This document shows positions 20,887 through 31,797 of a stretch of DNA of 64,000 bases, one piece after another. Below the pieces are notes generated by a model. The model saw only the letters and a list, made by a program, of their open reading frames with translations, did not search any database and was not told the DNA's origin. The stretch's first letter is position 1. Every line of letters begins with the position of its first letter. Source of the stretch: an uncultured Gammaproteobacteria bacterium (GTDB lineage Bacteria > Pseudomonadota > Gammaproteobacteria > Steroidobacterales > Rariloculaceae); NCBI GenBank assembly GCA_963744305.1, contig CAVUTF010000016.1, forward strand, positions 77,373 through 141,372, given 5' to 3'. Made by a program: the position numbers and the translations under genes.

Positions 20887-21858
20887 TTGAAAGCAGTTCG
20901 AGTGCACGAGTGCGGCGGGCCCGAGGTGTTGCGCTACGAGGACGTGCCGACGCCGTCGCCGGATCGCGGCGACGCGTTGGTCGAGATTGCGGCCGCGGGA
21001 GTGAACTTCATCGACGTCCAGCACCGCGCCGGCCGCTACAAACCCCCGGCGCTGCCGTTCACGCTCGGCTCCGAAGGGGCGGGCACGGTGGTAGAGGTCG
21101 GCGCGGAGGTGGACGAGGTGCGCGTCGGCGATCGGGTCGCGTACGCGATGGTTCTGGGTGCGTACGCCGACTATGCGCTCGTGCCCGCGAAGCGCCTCGT
21201 CAGGGTCCCGGATGCAATACCACTCGAATCCGCTGCCGCGATCATGCTGCAGGGCATGACGGCTCATTACTTGACCCACAGCACGTTTCCGCTGCAAGCG
21301 GGGCATACGGCGCTCGTGCACGCCGCAGCCGGTGGCGCGGGGCAGTTGATCACGCAGGTCGCGCGGCGCATCGGCGCAACCGTGTACGGCACCGTAGGCA
21401 GTGCGGCGAAGGCGGATCTTGCGCGCGCCGCAGGCGCGCACGAAACCATCGACTACACGCAACGCGATTTCGAGGTGGAAGTGAAAAAGCTCACGAACGG
21501 CCGCGGAGTGGACGTCGTCTACGACTCGGTCGGCAAGGATACGTTCGACAAAAGCCTCAATTGCTTGCGGCCGCGCGGGTATCTCGTGCTATTCGGTTTT
21601 TCGAGCGGGCCCGTGCCGCCGTTCGATCCCGCGGTGCTCGGCGCGAAGGGCTCGCTGTTCCTCACGCGACCGGGCCTGAATCAATACATCGCTACGCGCT
21701 CCGAGCTGCTCGAGCGCGCCGGCGACCTTTTCCAATGGCTCGAGTCGGGCGAGCTGAACCCGCGAATCGATCGCGTGCTGCCGCTCGCGGAAGCAGCGAC
21801 GGCGCATCGAGAGCTCGAAGCTCGCCGCACCTCGGGGAAGGTGCTGCTGAAACCTTGA
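20887..21858 (+). CDS. qor: NADPH:quinone oxidoreductase (zeta-crystallin/Qor family)
   Basis: [40 protein letters not shown]. Confidence 0.9.
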   Translation: MKAVRVHECGGPEVLRYEDVPTPSPDRGDALVEIAAAGVNFIDVQHRAGRYKPPALPFTLGSEGAGTVVEVGAEVDEVRVGDRVAYAMVLGAYADYALVPAKRLVRVPDAIPLESAAAIMLQGMTAHYLTHSTFPLQAGHTALVHAAAGGAGQLITQVARRIGATVYGTVGSAAKADLARAAGAHETIDYTQRDFEVEVKKLTNGRGVDVVYDSVGKDTFDKSLNCLRPRGYLVLFGFSSGPVPPFDPAVLGAKGSLFLTRPGLNQYIATRSELLERAGDLFQWLESGELNPRIDRVLPLAEAATAHRELEARRTSGKVLLKP

Positions 21859-21909
21859 GGCAAGAATGTGTCTCGGCGCTCGACGAAGCTCGGATTGAAG
21901 GAGGAACGG

Positions 21910-22920
21910 GTGAACAAGATCGTCGCCACGTTGATTCTGGCCGTGTGCTTTTTCACGACGGCCGTCGTCGCGCAAACGCTCGATATCTATTTCATTGATG
22001 TCGAAGGCGGTCAGTCGACGTTGGTTGTCACTCCGGCGGGCGAGTCCCTGCTCATCGATACCGGTTACGCGGGCAACGATGGGCGCGATCCAGAGCGGAT
22101 CCTCGTGGCTGCACGCGATGCCGGCATACAGCAGATCGACTACCTCCTCATCACCCATTTTCACGACGACCATCTCGGCGGCGCGCCGGAGCTGTCGCGA
22201 CTGATTCCTATCGAAACGTTCGTCGACTATCGCGACGCGGTCGATACGACCGATTGGGTGGCCAAGCCTTTCGAAGCGTATGCCGAGGTGCGCGCGCTGG
22301 GTCGCCATATCGTGGCGAGGCCCGGAGAACGCATTCCGCTAAGAGGCGTCGACGTGCAGTTCGTCAGCAGCAACGCGGCGACTATCGTCGAGGCGCTTCG
22401 CGATGGTGGTGAGCCGAATCCGCTGTGCGAATCGGCCGAGCGCGCGCCGGGCGAACCGATCGAGAACCCCCGCTCGACCGGCATCCACCTGAGCTTCGGA
22501 CGGTTCCGGTTCGTGGATCTCGGCGACTTGAGCGGCAAGCCGCTGTTCGCGCTGTTTTGTCCGAACAATCTCCTCGGACCGGTGGATGTCTACCTCGTTC
22601 CGCATCACGGCGGCGCTGACACGGCAGCCCCGAATGCGTTTGCGATGCGGCCGCGAGTCGCCATCATGAACAACGGCGCCACCAAAGGCGGCGTGGCGGA
22701 GGGTTTCGCCGCACTGCACAGGGCGGTCGCGAGCTTTGGCTTGGAAGACGTCTGGCAGGTGGACAAATCCGGCAACGCCGGCGCGGTGAATTTTCCGGAC
22801 GATCAAATCGCGAATCTCGATGACACGACGAGTCACTGGATCAAGATCAGCGCCAGCGAAGATGGCACGTTCACCGTGACGAACGGCCGTACCGGATACA
22901 CCAAGACGTATCAAAGATAG
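21910..22920 (+). CDS. Exported metallo-beta-lactamase-fold hydrolase (ComEC/Rec2-like)
   Basis: FIDVEGGQS, LIDTG, THFHDDH, PHHG. Confidence 0.85.
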   Translation: MNKIVATLILAVCFFTTAVVAQTLDIYFIDVEGGQSTLVVTPAGESLLIDTGYAGNDGRDPERILVAARDAGIQQIDYLLITHFHDDHLGGAPELSRLIPIETFVDYRDAVDTTDWVAKPFEAYAEVRALGRHIVARPGERIPLRGVDVQFVSSNAATIVEALRDGGEPNPLCESAERAPGEPIENPRSTGIHLSFGRFRFVDLGDLSGKPLFALFCPNNLLGPVDVYLVPHHGGADTAAPNAFAMRPRVAIMNNGATKGGVAEGFAALHRAVASFGLEDVWQVDKSGNAGAVNFPDDQIANLDDTTSHWIKISASEDGTFTVTNGRTGYTKTYQR

Positions 22921-22958
22921 TAGCGAGATCGCCGGCAGCTAGGGCGCCTCGAGCGTAG

Positions 22959-23180
22959 TCAAGCGGCGACTGTCACGCCGTTCTGCAGCAAGATATCCAG
23001 CAGCCTCGGAATGTCGGGCGGGCCGGGCGGGACTTGTTTGCTCACGTTCGCAAACATCTGAGTCGCAAATCCACCCTGGCCGCTCACCTCGAGCATCCGG
23101 CCGCCGCCCGCCCCAAAGCGATAGCCGTGCACGGTGCCCGCGGGAATGTGTACGAGCGTCCCGGCGCCGCAGAGCAACGA
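22959..23180 (-). pseudogene. C-terminal half of a cupin-domain protein (5' part apparently missing)
   Basis: GTLVHIPAGTVHGYR is cupin motif 2; no motif 1 upstream in frame. Confidence 0.5.
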
Positions 23181-23548
23181 TCCGGCCGCTCGATGGATTC
23201 GAGGAATCGTCGCCCAGTGCTTCGCGGAAGTGCTCCAAGACTGCGAGGCGAGAATGGTGTCTCGGCTTTCGACGACGCCGCGGCGTGCCAGAAGAAACGA
23301 ACCCGCCAAACGATAGGAGTGGAGCAGCCAGCTCCCGCGGATCTATTGAGCGGCCCCCTGCCCGCCGCCGGGTTGTGGAGCGTTTCGAGATGGCTCCTGC
23401 GCGGTGGCGGCCACCGCAAGCAAGATTCCTGCGCCGATGCTCAAGGTCCAGGCGCGGAACGGGGCGTGGCATTGTCGTCTCCCTAAGTGTCAAACGGCCC
23501 GCCGGTCATCAACGTCCGCTGCGGCGCTTCGGGGTCAAGACGTTGTAT

Positions 23549-23590
23549 TTAGCGATTTGGCTAAGTAATATCATTAGCCGACCGGCTAAT
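23549..23590. promoter_or_regulatory. Two tandem palindromes TTAGC-N6-GCTAA, probable ArsR-family operator
   Basis: ttagcgatttggctaa (23549-23564) and attagccgaccggctaat (23573-23590) just upstream of an operon encoding an ArsR regulator. Confidence 0.65.
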
Positions 23591-23608
23591 AATGAACGAG
23601 GTTCAATC

Positions 23609-23938
23609 ATGATCACGTCGCTGTGCATCTATCGTGTAAAGCCCGGCTCGGAGGACGCATTCAGGAAACTCCTGGCGAAGCACTGGCCCGCGTTGCGCGG
23701 AGTCGGTTTGGCTGCCAACGTGCCGTCGACGATCTACCAGGGCGCGGAAGGCGAAAACGAACCGATCTTCGTCGAGCTCTTGCATTGGCAAGACGCGGAG
23801 GGGCCCGACAGGGCTCACGAGCTTCCGGAGGTGATGGCGGTGTGGGAGCCGATGGGCAGCCTCTGCGAACCTAGAGGCCAGCGGCCGCCGATGGAATTCC
23901 CGCGTGTCGAGCAAATCGAAGTCGCCTTCGAGCGCTAG
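23609..23938 (+). CDS. Small dimeric alpha/beta-barrel (ABM-like) protein
   Basis: RBS GAGG; YRVKPGSEDAF...HWP...FVELLHW. Confidence 0.6.
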   Translation: MITSLCIYRVKPGSEDAFRKLLAKHWPALRGVGLAANVPSTIYQGAEGENEPIFVELLHWQDAEGPDRAHELPEVMAVWEPMGSLCEPRGQRPPMEFPRVEQIEVAFER

Positions 23939-24236
23939 GGGCCGCCTAGCCGACTACGACTCGGTGTTTGCCGCGCTCGATAGCTCAGCGCGCCGGCAAA
24001 TCTTGATGATCCTGCACTTTCGCGGCGATCAGATGACGTCTGGACAGATCGCGGACCGGTTCTCGTGTGCGTGGCCCACGACGTCGCGCCATCTGCGCAG
24101 GCTCGAGGACTCCGGTTTGGTCGACGTCGAACGGTCGGGGCGCGAGTGGATCTACAAGCTCAACCGCGCGAGGCTCGGCGTGGTGACCGAATGGCTCGCG
24201 TGGTTCTCGAAGGTTCCGAAGGACGGTGAGCCCTGA
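23904..24236 (+). CDS. ArsR/SmtB family transcriptional regulator
   Basis: FAALDSSARRQIL, SRHLRRLEDSGLV...GREWIY winged helix. Confidence 0.88.
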   Translation: MSSKSKSPSSARGRLADYDSVFAALDSSARRQILMILHFRGDQMTSGQIADRFSCAWPTTSRHLRRLEDSGLVDVERSGREWIYKLNRARLGVVTEWLAWFSKVPKDGEP

Positions 24237-24685
24237 TGCTCGAACAAAACAAAATACGCGCGCTGCTTGTCTGCACGCTGCTGCCGTTCGGCGCTCACGC
24301 GCAGGAGGATCCGGCTGTCGCGGCGCTACACCGGCTCGAAGCTGAGATGTCGCAAGCGCTTGTCGAGCGCGACGCCGCGGCGCTCGACCGCCTGTGGCAC
24401 GAGGATCTCGTCTTCATCGGCACGAACGGCCGGCAGTTCACCAAAGCGGAGCGGCTCGAGGGCCAGCGGATCGCCGAAGGGCGGCGCGCGGGAGAGACGA
24501 ATACCAACGATGACGTAGACGTGCGCATCGAGGGCGACCTTGCAACAGTCGTCGTTACCTCGACGTGGACGATTCCCACCGATGCGGCGATCATGAAGAG
24601 CCGGTTTCGCGCGCTGCACGTGTGGACTCGCGCGGGCGGGGAGTGGCGGCTGCTCGGCGCGCAGGTGGCCGTGCTGCGCGACTGA
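24236..24685 (+). CDS. Exported NTF2-like (DUF4440) protein
   Basis: Signal peptide; DAAALDRLWHED, RALHVWTR..GEWR. Confidence 0.8.
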   Translation: MLEQNKIRALLVCTLLPFGAHAQEDPAVAALHRLEAEMSQALVERDAAALDRLWHEDLVFIGTNGRQFTKAERLEGQRIAEGRRAGETNTNDDVDVRIEGDLATVVVTSTWTIPTDAAIMKSRFRALHVWTRAGGEWRLLGAQVAVLRD

Positions 24686-24688
24686 CGG

Positions 24689-25528
24689 ATGTCGGCGAAG
24701 AACGAGGTCATCCGGCAGCAGCGGCGCTGGGCAGAATCGGTGGGCATCCGAATCGATGCGCGCGGCTATGTGCTGCAACTCGCCGACAATTTCCGCGTGT
24801 CGCCATCGGGGGCAACGCTCGCGGTGTTCGATCGGCCGAGCGGATCGGAGCTGCGCCCGGGACGCACACGGCCGCCGCGCCTTTGGGCATTGCATTCATC
24901 CGCGGCCCTCGTCGTCAACGTCTTCGATCACTGGCGGCGCACGGAGCCGCGGCCGCTGCTCGCGGCATTGGGGATCGACGGCGCTTGCGCAGCACTGGCT
25001 TTCGAGGAAGCGTTTCCTACGGCAATAGCGGGCGACCCTCCGTACATCGACGTCGTGCTCAAACTCTCAACCGGGCGGGTGGTTGCGATCGAGAGCAAGT
25101 TTACCGAGGCGCAAACACCGCGCCCGCGCAACCGCGCGGTGTTCAAGGCCAAGTATTTCCCTCTTGGCCGATCGATCTGGGCCGAGATTGGGCTTTCGAG
25201 CTGCCAGGCGTTGGCGGACGACATTCAACAAGGGCGCGCGCGCTTCAAGTTTCTGCATGCGGCGCAGCTCTTGAAGCAGGCTCTCGCGCTTCGCTTGGCA
25301 TGCGGCGCCGATTTTCTACTCTATTATCTGTATTACGACTCGCCGGGCAGGGAATCCACGGCGCACCGCGCCGACATCGAACGCTTCCGCGAGCGTATCG
25401 GTTCCGAGCTATCGTTCATGGCGCTCGCCTATCAAGATCTTTACCGTGCGTTGCGTACCGGCGAATCAGTGGATACCGGCTATCTCGAGTATTTGCGCTC
25501 GCGGTACTTTCCGAACGTTCGAGGTTAG
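24689..25528 (+). CDS. Putative PD-(D/E)XK restriction-endonuclease-like protein (PGN_0703-like)
   Basis: HSSAALVVNVF, FEE, PYIDVV...IESKFTE, QLLKQ. Confidence 0.65.
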   Translation: MSAKNEVIRQQRRWAESVGIRIDARGYVLQLADNFRVSPSGATLAVFDRPSGSELRPGRTRPPRLWALHSSAALVVNVFDHWRRTEPRPLLAALGIDGACAALAFEEAFPTAIAGDPPYIDVVLKLSTGRVVAIESKFTEAQTPRPRNRAVFKAKYFPLGRSIWAEIGLSSCQALADDIQQGRARFKFLHAAQLLKQALALRLACGADFLLYYLYYDSPGRESTAHRADIERFRERIGSELSFMALAYQDLYRALRTGESVDTGYLEYLRSRYFPNVRG

Positions 25529-25649
25529 CAAGCCCGGCGGCAATCGCGCGGCGTACATGGTGTTTCACATCCCCTTGGCTTAGGATTGCCGCACTGCTCG
25601 GCACTGTTCGCATTCCGAACCCGTTTCGCTTCGAGGCATCGCTTACGCG

Positions 25650-27914
25650 ATGCGCGCCGGAGTGTTGATGTTGCTTGTCGCAAATCCCACGGAGGGTCAG
25701 CCGGTAAGCATCGCGGCGCTGCATCGCCTTTACGTGACCGCGCCAGCCGGCACGGCCGATCTCGTCGCCAAGGAGCTCGAGGACCTCGGCGCCATCGAAG
25801 TGAAAGCCGAACGCGGCGGAGTCGCTTGCCGGGGGACGCTCGAGCAGGCGTATCGCGCGTGCCTGTGGTCGCGCGTGGCCAACCGGGTGCTGCTGCACCT
25901 ATCGCAGTTCGCTGCGCCGTCGGCGATCGAGCTCTATGACGGCGCACGCAACGTCGATTGGGCCGAGCACCTTGCCGCCGACGGCACGTTCGCCGTCGAG
26001 TGCACTGGCAGCACGGCTGCACTCAATCACACGCAGTTCGCGGCGCTCAAGGTCAAAGACGCGATCGTCGATCAGTTTCGCGATCGGACCGGAGGCCGTC
26101 CGTCGGTCGACGTCGCGACGCCCGACGTGCGAATCCATCTCCATCTCCATCGCGATGCCGCCACGTTGAGCATCGATCTTTCCGGAGACAGCCTGCATCG
26201 CCGCGGCTACCGGGGAGAGCAAGGCGCAGCGCCGCTCAAGGAGAATCTCGCCGCGGCGATTCTGCTCCGCAGCGGCTGGGCGACGCTCGTCGCGGAACGC
26301 GGTGTACCCGCGCCGGGATTCGTCGATCCGATGTGCGGGTCCGGCAGCTTGCCGATCGAGGCCGCGTTGATCGCGGGCGACATTGCGCCCGGGCTGCTGC
26401 GCGCCTACTTCGGCTTCCTGGGTTGGCGCCAGCACGATGCCGCCGCGTGGAAAAGGTTGCGAGCGGAGGCGCAGGAGCGGCGCGCGGCGCGTTCCGTCGA
26501 CGGCGTTACGATCGCGGGATACGACCGCGACGCAGGCGCCGTGCGCGCGGCGACCGCCAACGCCGCGCGTGCCGGAGTCGCTGCGCGAGTTCAGATCGAG
26601 CGGCGGGAGCTCGAGGACGTCCCACCCGCAGCCGCGGAGCGCGGTCTCGTCGCCGTCAATCCCCCGTACGGCGAGCGCCTGGGCGACGTGCGCGAGCTTG
26701 CGCGGCTGTACGAGCGCTTGGGACGCGTGCTGCGCGAGCGTTATCGCGGCTGGAACGCAGCGATCCTGACGGGCAACCCGCCGCTCGGCCTCGAGCTCGG
26801 GCTGCACGCGAAGCGCACGCACCGGATGTTCAACGGCGCGCTCGAATGCCGGCTGCTGCGTTTCGACGTCGCGCCAGAGCATTTCGCGGAGAAGCGCGCG
26901 CCCGGCGCCCTGCCGAGATTCGACGCGGCGGCCGCACGCGCACGGCCCGGAGCGCAGATGTTCGCGAATCGTCTGCGCAAGAACCAGGCGATGTTGTCGA
27001 AATGGGCCAAGCGCGAAGCGATCGCGTGTTACCGCGTCTACGACGCGGACATGCCGGAGTACGCGTTCTCGGTAGACCTATACCGCTCGGGCGTCGAGGA
27101 GGGCAGCCGGCGGTGGGTGTACGTTCAAGAATACGCGCCGCCGGGGACCGTGGAGCCGGCGAAAGCACGGGCGCGCCGCGAGGAGGCGTTCGCCGTGATC
27201 CCCGAGGTCATGGGCGTCGCGCCGGAGGCCGTGCACGTGCGCACGCGGCGGCGGCAGAAAGGCGGCACGCAGTACACGAAGCTCGCCGAAAGCGGCGAGT
27301 TTCACGAGGTGGCGGAGGGCGATTTGAAGTTTCTCGTGAACTTCACGGACTACCTCGACACGGGTCTGTTCTTGGATCATCGCCCGATTCGCGCGCGGCT
27401 GCGCGCACTCGCAGCGAACAAGCATTTCTTGAATCTGTTCGGCTACACGGGCACGGCCACCGTGTGTGCGGCCGCGGGCGGCGCCCGCGCTACGACCACG
27501 GTAGACATGTCGCGGACCTACGTGGAGTGGGCTAAGCGCAATCTCGCGCTGAACGGCATTGCGCTCGCCGGCCGTCATCGCTTCGCGCAAGAAGATGCGC
27601 TCGCTTGGCTCGCCGCGCCTGTCGACACGCGCTACGACCTCGTATTCCTCGATCCGCCGACCTGGTCGCGCTCGAAACGCATGACGGCGGAGCTCGATGT
27701 GCAGCGCGATCACGTAGAGCTGATTCGAGCGGTAATGCGGCGACTCGCTCGCGGCGGGCTCCTGCTGTTCTCGACCAATTTCCGCAAGTTCCGGCTCGAT
27801 CGCGCCGCGCTCGCCGATCTCGCGATCGTAGACATCACGCCGGCCACGATTCCGACGGATTTCACTCGCGACGCGAAAATCCACCGCTGCTTCGAGATTC
27901 GCGCGTCCCCCTAG
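25650..27914 (+). CDS. rlmKL: Bifunctional 23S rRNA methyltransferase RlmKL
   Basis: THUMP domain, APLKENLAA, DPMCGSG, NPPYGER, FANRLRKN, YLDTGLFLDHR, DPPTWS. Confidence 0.95.
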   Translation: MRAGVLMLLVANPTEGQPVSIAALHRLYVTAPAGTADLVAKELEDLGAIEVKAERGGVACRGTLEQAYRACLWSRVANRVLLHLSQFAAPSAIELYDGARNVDWAEHLAADGTFAVECTGSTAALNHTQFAALKVKDAIVDQFRDRTGGRPSVDVATPDVRIHLHLHRDAATLSIDLSGDSLHRRGYRGEQGAAPLKENLAAAILLRSGWATLVAERGVPAPGFVDPMCGSGSLPIEAALIAGDIAPGLLRAYFGFLGWRQHDAAAWKRLRAEAQERRAARSVDGVTIAGYDRDAGAVRAATANAARAGVAARVQIERRELEDVPPAAAERGLVAVNPPYGERLGDVRELARLYERLGRVLRERYRGWNAAILTGNPPLGLELGLHAKRTHRMFNGALECRLLRFDVAPEHFAEKRAPGALPRFDAAAARARPGAQMFANRLRKNQAMLSKWAKREAIACYRVYDADMPEYAFSVDLYRSGVEEGSRRWVYVQEYAPPGTVEPAKARARREEAFAVIPEVMGVAPEAVHVRTRRRQKGGTQYTKLAESGEFHEVAEGDLKFLVNFTDYLDTGLFLDHRPIRARLRALAANKHFLNLFGYTGTATVCAAAGGARATTTVDMSRTYVEWAKRNLALNGIALAGRHRFAQEDALAWLAAPVDTRYDLVFLDPPTWSRSKRMTAELDVQRDHVELIRAVMRRLARGGLLLFSTNFRKFRLDRAALADLAIVDITPATIPTDFTRDAKIHRCFEIRASP

Positions 27915-27960
27915 CGGCAATTCGCTCCTGCAATTGCCGCATGCCGGCCGTCCGTGGCCG

Positions 27961-28704
27961 TCAGCTGCGCTCGGGGATGAAGCGGGCGCAGAAGAACAGC
28001 GCCGCCTCGAAGAGCGCGTACATCGGCACGGCGAGCAGCGTCTGCGAGAATACGTCGGGCGGGGTGAGCAGCATTCCGAAGACGAATGCGCCCAGAAAAA
28101 TATAGGGACGTCCTGCGGCGAGCGTCTTGCGCGAGACCACGCCCGTCCAGACGAGAGTGATGATCGCGATCGGAACTTGGAAGGCGAGGCCGAAGGCGAA
28201 CAGCATCGCGATCATGAAGTCCAGGTACGAGTTGATGTCGGGCATGAACGTGACGCCGACAGGCGCAACCTGCGCGAAGAATGCGAACACCATCGGCAAC
28301 ACGACGAAGAACGCGAAAGCGGCGCCCGCGTAGAACAGCACGGCGCTCCCGATCATGAACGGCAGCGCGAGCCGGCGGCCGCGGTCCTTGAGCCACAGCT
28401 CGACGAATCGCCACAGGTGATACAGCACGAACGGCATGCCCAGGAACAGCGCGGCCCACATCGAGGCTTTGAGCGGCGTCAGGAACGGTGACGCGACGTT
28501 CTTCGCGAGCAATTCCGAGCCCTCGGGCAGCTTGGCGAAGATCGGCGCAGAAACGACGGCGAACACTCGATTGGCGAACGGGAACAAGCAAGCGAAGATC
28601 CCGGCGAGGCATAAGCCGGCTTTCACCAGGCGCGAGCGCAGCTGCAGCAGGCGCGCCAGCACCGTCGTCGGTGCGCGCAGCGGTTGTGTGGAAGGGGCGG
28701 CCAT
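27961..28704 (-). CDS. tatC: Twin-arginine translocase subunit TatC
   Basis: LRSRL, SPFLTPLK, FGLAFQVP, TPPDVFSQ..LAVPM..LFE. Confidence 0.9.
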   Translation of the reverse strand: MAAPSTQPLRAPTTVLARLLQLRSRLVKAGLCLAGIFACLFPFANRVFAVVSAPIFAKLPEGSELLAKNVASPFLTPLKASMWAALFLGMPFVLYHLWRFVELWLKDRGRRLALPFMIGSAVLFYAGAAFAFFVVLPMVFAFFAQVAPVGVTFMPDINSYLDFMIAMLFAFGLAFQVPIAIITLVWTGVVSRKTLAAGRPYIFLGAFVFGMLLTPPDVFSQTLLAVPMYALFEAALFFCARFIPERS

Positions 28705-28826
28705 CTTTCGCGAGTGCGCGTCCTCGAAGCGGCAAGGGACGTCATTCTAGTAGAAACGGTCGGCGCGACGTGGTCGGGCGTCACGGCGGGCTCGCGCCGG
28801 TCCCGTGCCCAGGGTATAAATCCCGG

Positions 28827-29382
28827 ATGACCACGATAGTCGGGCATTGCCGGAAGCCTGCGCAGCGGATCGCTCAACGCCTCGCTGCTTCGGGCCGCTG
28901 CGCAAAACATGCCGCAAGGCGCCACGCTCGAGATCGGTACGATCAAGGGCATCCCGCTCTACGATGGCGACCTCGAGGCGTCGTCCGGCCTGCCGTCTGC
29001 GGTCACGCGGTTGAAGGAGCAAATCGTGGCAGCTGACGGGCTCCTGCTCGTCACGCCGGAATACAACAATTCGCTTCCGGGCGTGTTCAAGAACGCGATC
29101 GATTGGCTATCGCGGCCCGACTCCGACATTCCGCGCGTGTTCGGCGGCCGACGCGTCGCGGTAATGGGCGCTTCGCCCGGAGGCTTCGGCACCGTGCTCT
29201 CGCAAGCGGCCTGGCTCCCTGTGCTACGAACGCTGGGCACGCAACCGTGGTTCGGCCCTAAGATGCTCGTCTCCCGCGCCCGCGATGTCTTCGACCAGGC
29301 CGGCAACATGACCGACGAGCAAACCCGCGAGCGATTGCGCGCGTTCTTGCACGGATTCGTCGAGTTCATCGGTGCAGATTGA
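28827..29382 (+). CDS. NADPH-dependent FMN reductase (ChrR/SsuE family; frameshift near 5' end)
   Basis: GSLRSGSLN, TPEYNNSLPGVFKNAIDWLSR, GASPGGFG. Confidence 0.88.
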
Positions 29383-29456
29383 GGTGTAGTACCATGCCGC
29401 GATCGCAAATCCTGGCCCGCGCCGTTTGCACGGCGGCTGGTTGGAGGAAAGCTCGA

Positions 29457-30312
29457 ATGAAGAAGTATGCGACCTTGGGTCTCGGCGGTTTCGTGTTGGG
29501 GTGTTTGGCGTTGCCTTGCGCGAACGCGCAGTTCGGCACCGAGCCAGCGAAGCTCGAGCTCATCAAGATCAAAGACGATATCTACGTGATCAGCAACGCG
29601 TACGTGCCGGGTCTCACGACTGCGCTGATCACCAACGAAGGCGTGCTGCTCGTCGACGACAAGTTCGAAATCGACGCACGACAGCATCATGGCGCAGCTC
29701 AAGACGGTCACGAATCAGCCCGTCAAATACGTGATCAACACGCATTTCCATGCCGATCACAGCGGCGGCAACGCCAAGCTGCAGGCGCTGAACGCGCTCG
29801 CCGTGGCCTCCGATCAAGCACGGGTCCGCATGGTCGCCGGCAATCAACCCGGATTGCCGGACATGACGGTGCGCGAGCGGGCAACGATCTACCTTGGCGG
29901 CAAGCCCGTAGAGCTGTACTGGTTCGGCCGCGCCCACACCGACGGCGATGTCGTCGTGCTGTTCCCCGAGCACGACGTGATCGTCATGGGCGACATGTAC
30001 ACGAACGGCGAGGGCACGCCGCAGCTCGTCGACTACTCGGGCGGCGGCAGCGCGAAGGAATGGACGGCCACCGTTGACGGCGTGCTCAAGCTCGACTTCG
30101 CAACCGTGATCCCGGGGCACGGGCACCCGGCCACGCGCGCCGATCTGCAGGCGTTTCGCGAGAGCACCGTCCGGTTCAGCGGGCTCGTCTCGGAGCTCGT
30201 CAAGCAGAACAAGTCGAAAGCCGAAATCGAGGCGGCCATGCGCTCGGAATTCGGCTGGCAGGATTTCCACGTGCAGATGGGCCTCGATGGCCTGATCAAC
30301 GAGATGCGCTAG
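29457..30312 (+). CDS. Exported metallo-beta-lactamase-fold protein (cyclase-like; frameshift near 29680)
   Basis: NTHFHADHSGGN, AHTDGD, IPGHG. Confidence 0.85.
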
Positions 30313-30329
30313 CACGAGGCGGAGTCACC

Positions 30330-30377
30330 GGGGTCAGGCACGGGGTCAGGCACGTGCCTGACCCCGTGCCTGACCCC
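30330..30377. repeat. REP-like perfect 48-bp palindrome, (GGGGTCAGGCAC)2(GTGCCTGACCCC)2
   Basis: Read directly from the sequence. Confidence 0.9.
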
Positions 30378-30389
30378 GACTTCGCATCG

Positions 30390-30983
30390 ATGAACGACAT
30401 GCGCGCGTTGTATGACGAAGTCGCGTCGCGTTACGCGGCTGATCGGGCCAAGTGGTTCGCCGAGAAGCCGTACCTCGAAAAAGTCCTCGCTTGGATGCGT
30501 CCCCAAGGATCGCTGCTCGATTTAGGCTGCGGGCCGGGCGATCCGATCGCGAGCTTCTTTATTGGGTCTGGGTGCCGCGTGACGGGCGTCGACATCGCGC
30601 CCGCGATGCTCGCGATTTGCCGCGAGCGCTTCCCGAGCACGACCTGGATCGAGAGTGACATGCGCTCGCTCGATCTAGAGCAGCAATTCGATGCGATCGT
30701 TGCGTGGGACAGCTTCTTTCACCTTGCGCAGCACGATCAACGCCGAATGTTCGACGTATTTGCGCGGCACGCGGCGCCCGGAGCTCCGCTGTTGTTCACG
30801 TCCGGCGCCGAGGACGGCATCGCGATGGGGGAGATGTACGGCCACGAGCTGTTCCACGCGAGCCTCGATACGGCCGAATATCGAGCCCTTCTTTGGAGTC
30901 ACGGTTTCGAGGTATTGTTGCATCGAATCGAGGACCCGGATTGCGGCAACCATACCGTCTGGTTGGCGCAGCGCGAGGCGTGA
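30390..30983 (+). CDS. Class I SAM-dependent methyltransferase
   Basis: LLDLGCGPG, SDMR, FDAIVAWDSFFHL. Confidence 0.88.
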   Translation: MNDMRALYDEVASRYAADRAKWFAEKPYLEKVLAWMRPQGSLLDLGCGPGDPIASFFIGSGCRVTGVDIAPAMLAICRERFPSTTWIESDMRSLDLEQQFDAIVAWDSFFHLAQHDQRRMFDVFARHAAPGAPLLFTSGAEDGIAMGEMYGHELFHASLDTAEYRALLWSHGFEVLLHRIEDPDCGNHTVWLAQREA

Positions 30984-30993
30984 GCCGGCAACC

Positions 30994-31741
30994 GTGAACC
31001 GCAGACTGCTACTGTCGATCGCTTTGATCGCAACCCTGTTGGCTGCGGCGTCCACGGAGGCGCAGGGTTTTCGCAGACGCGCTTGGATCGAGGACAACGT
31101 TCCGCCGCCGACGGAGGTGGTCGTGATGCGTTGGCGCTTCGGAACGAACGGGCTGATCGGCCACTCGGGTTGGTCTCATAACTATCCGAATTCCGAGGAG
31201 AACTTGAACGGATTCGTCACGCAAACGACGCGTGTGGACCTAGAAGTGGCGTCGTACCGACTGATCGACCTCGGCAGCGAGGAAATCTTCGACTACCCGT
31301 TCGCGTACGTCTCCGAACCCGGCGAAATGGAGATGACCGAGCAGCAGGTCGCGAATTTGCGCGAGTACGTCGAGCGCGGGGGCTTCATTCTCATCGACGA
31401 CTTCGACAACGTCTATTACGATCACATGGCGAACTTGCGCGAGGAGATGCTGCGCGTGTTCCCGGATCGCCACTTCGAGCGGCTCACGGGCGACAACCCG
31501 ATTTTCGATTTGATCTTTCGAGTGCGTGACTTGCAGACCATGGCGCCGTGGGGCAGCGGCAACGAGCTCGAGTACTGGGGGTTCCGCAACTCGCAAGGCG
31601 AGATCGCGATCGTCGCTTGCCTCAACAACGATCTCGCGAATTTCTGGGAGTGGTACGGCACCCCGAGGTATCCGTTGCGCGCCATCGACCGAGGCGTTCC
31701 GGATGGGTGTGAATTTCCTCGTGCACGCGATGACGCATTGA
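30994..31741 (+). CDS. DUF4159-family protein (frameshift near 31680)
   Basis: WSHNYP, YPFAYVSEPG, LREYVERGGFILIDDF, FRMGVNFLVHAMTH. Confidence 0.75.
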
Positions 31742-31797
31742 CGGCCGCGGCCGTCGTGCGAAACGCGCTACGCGAGCCAATTCTAGGAGAACAATCG

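Noticed and set aside
19471-21462. 663-aa extended HmgA
   Set aside because: The extension is the antisense of qor; HmgA homology starts at 20787.
25958-27535. Long Arg/Ala-rich alternative-frame ORFs, here and throughout the window
   Set aside because: Shadow ORFs expected in high-GC coding DNA; they lack motifs and overlap well-supported genes.
30330-30377. Possible CRISPR repeat
   Set aside because: No spacers, no regular array and no cas genes; it is a dispersed palindrome.
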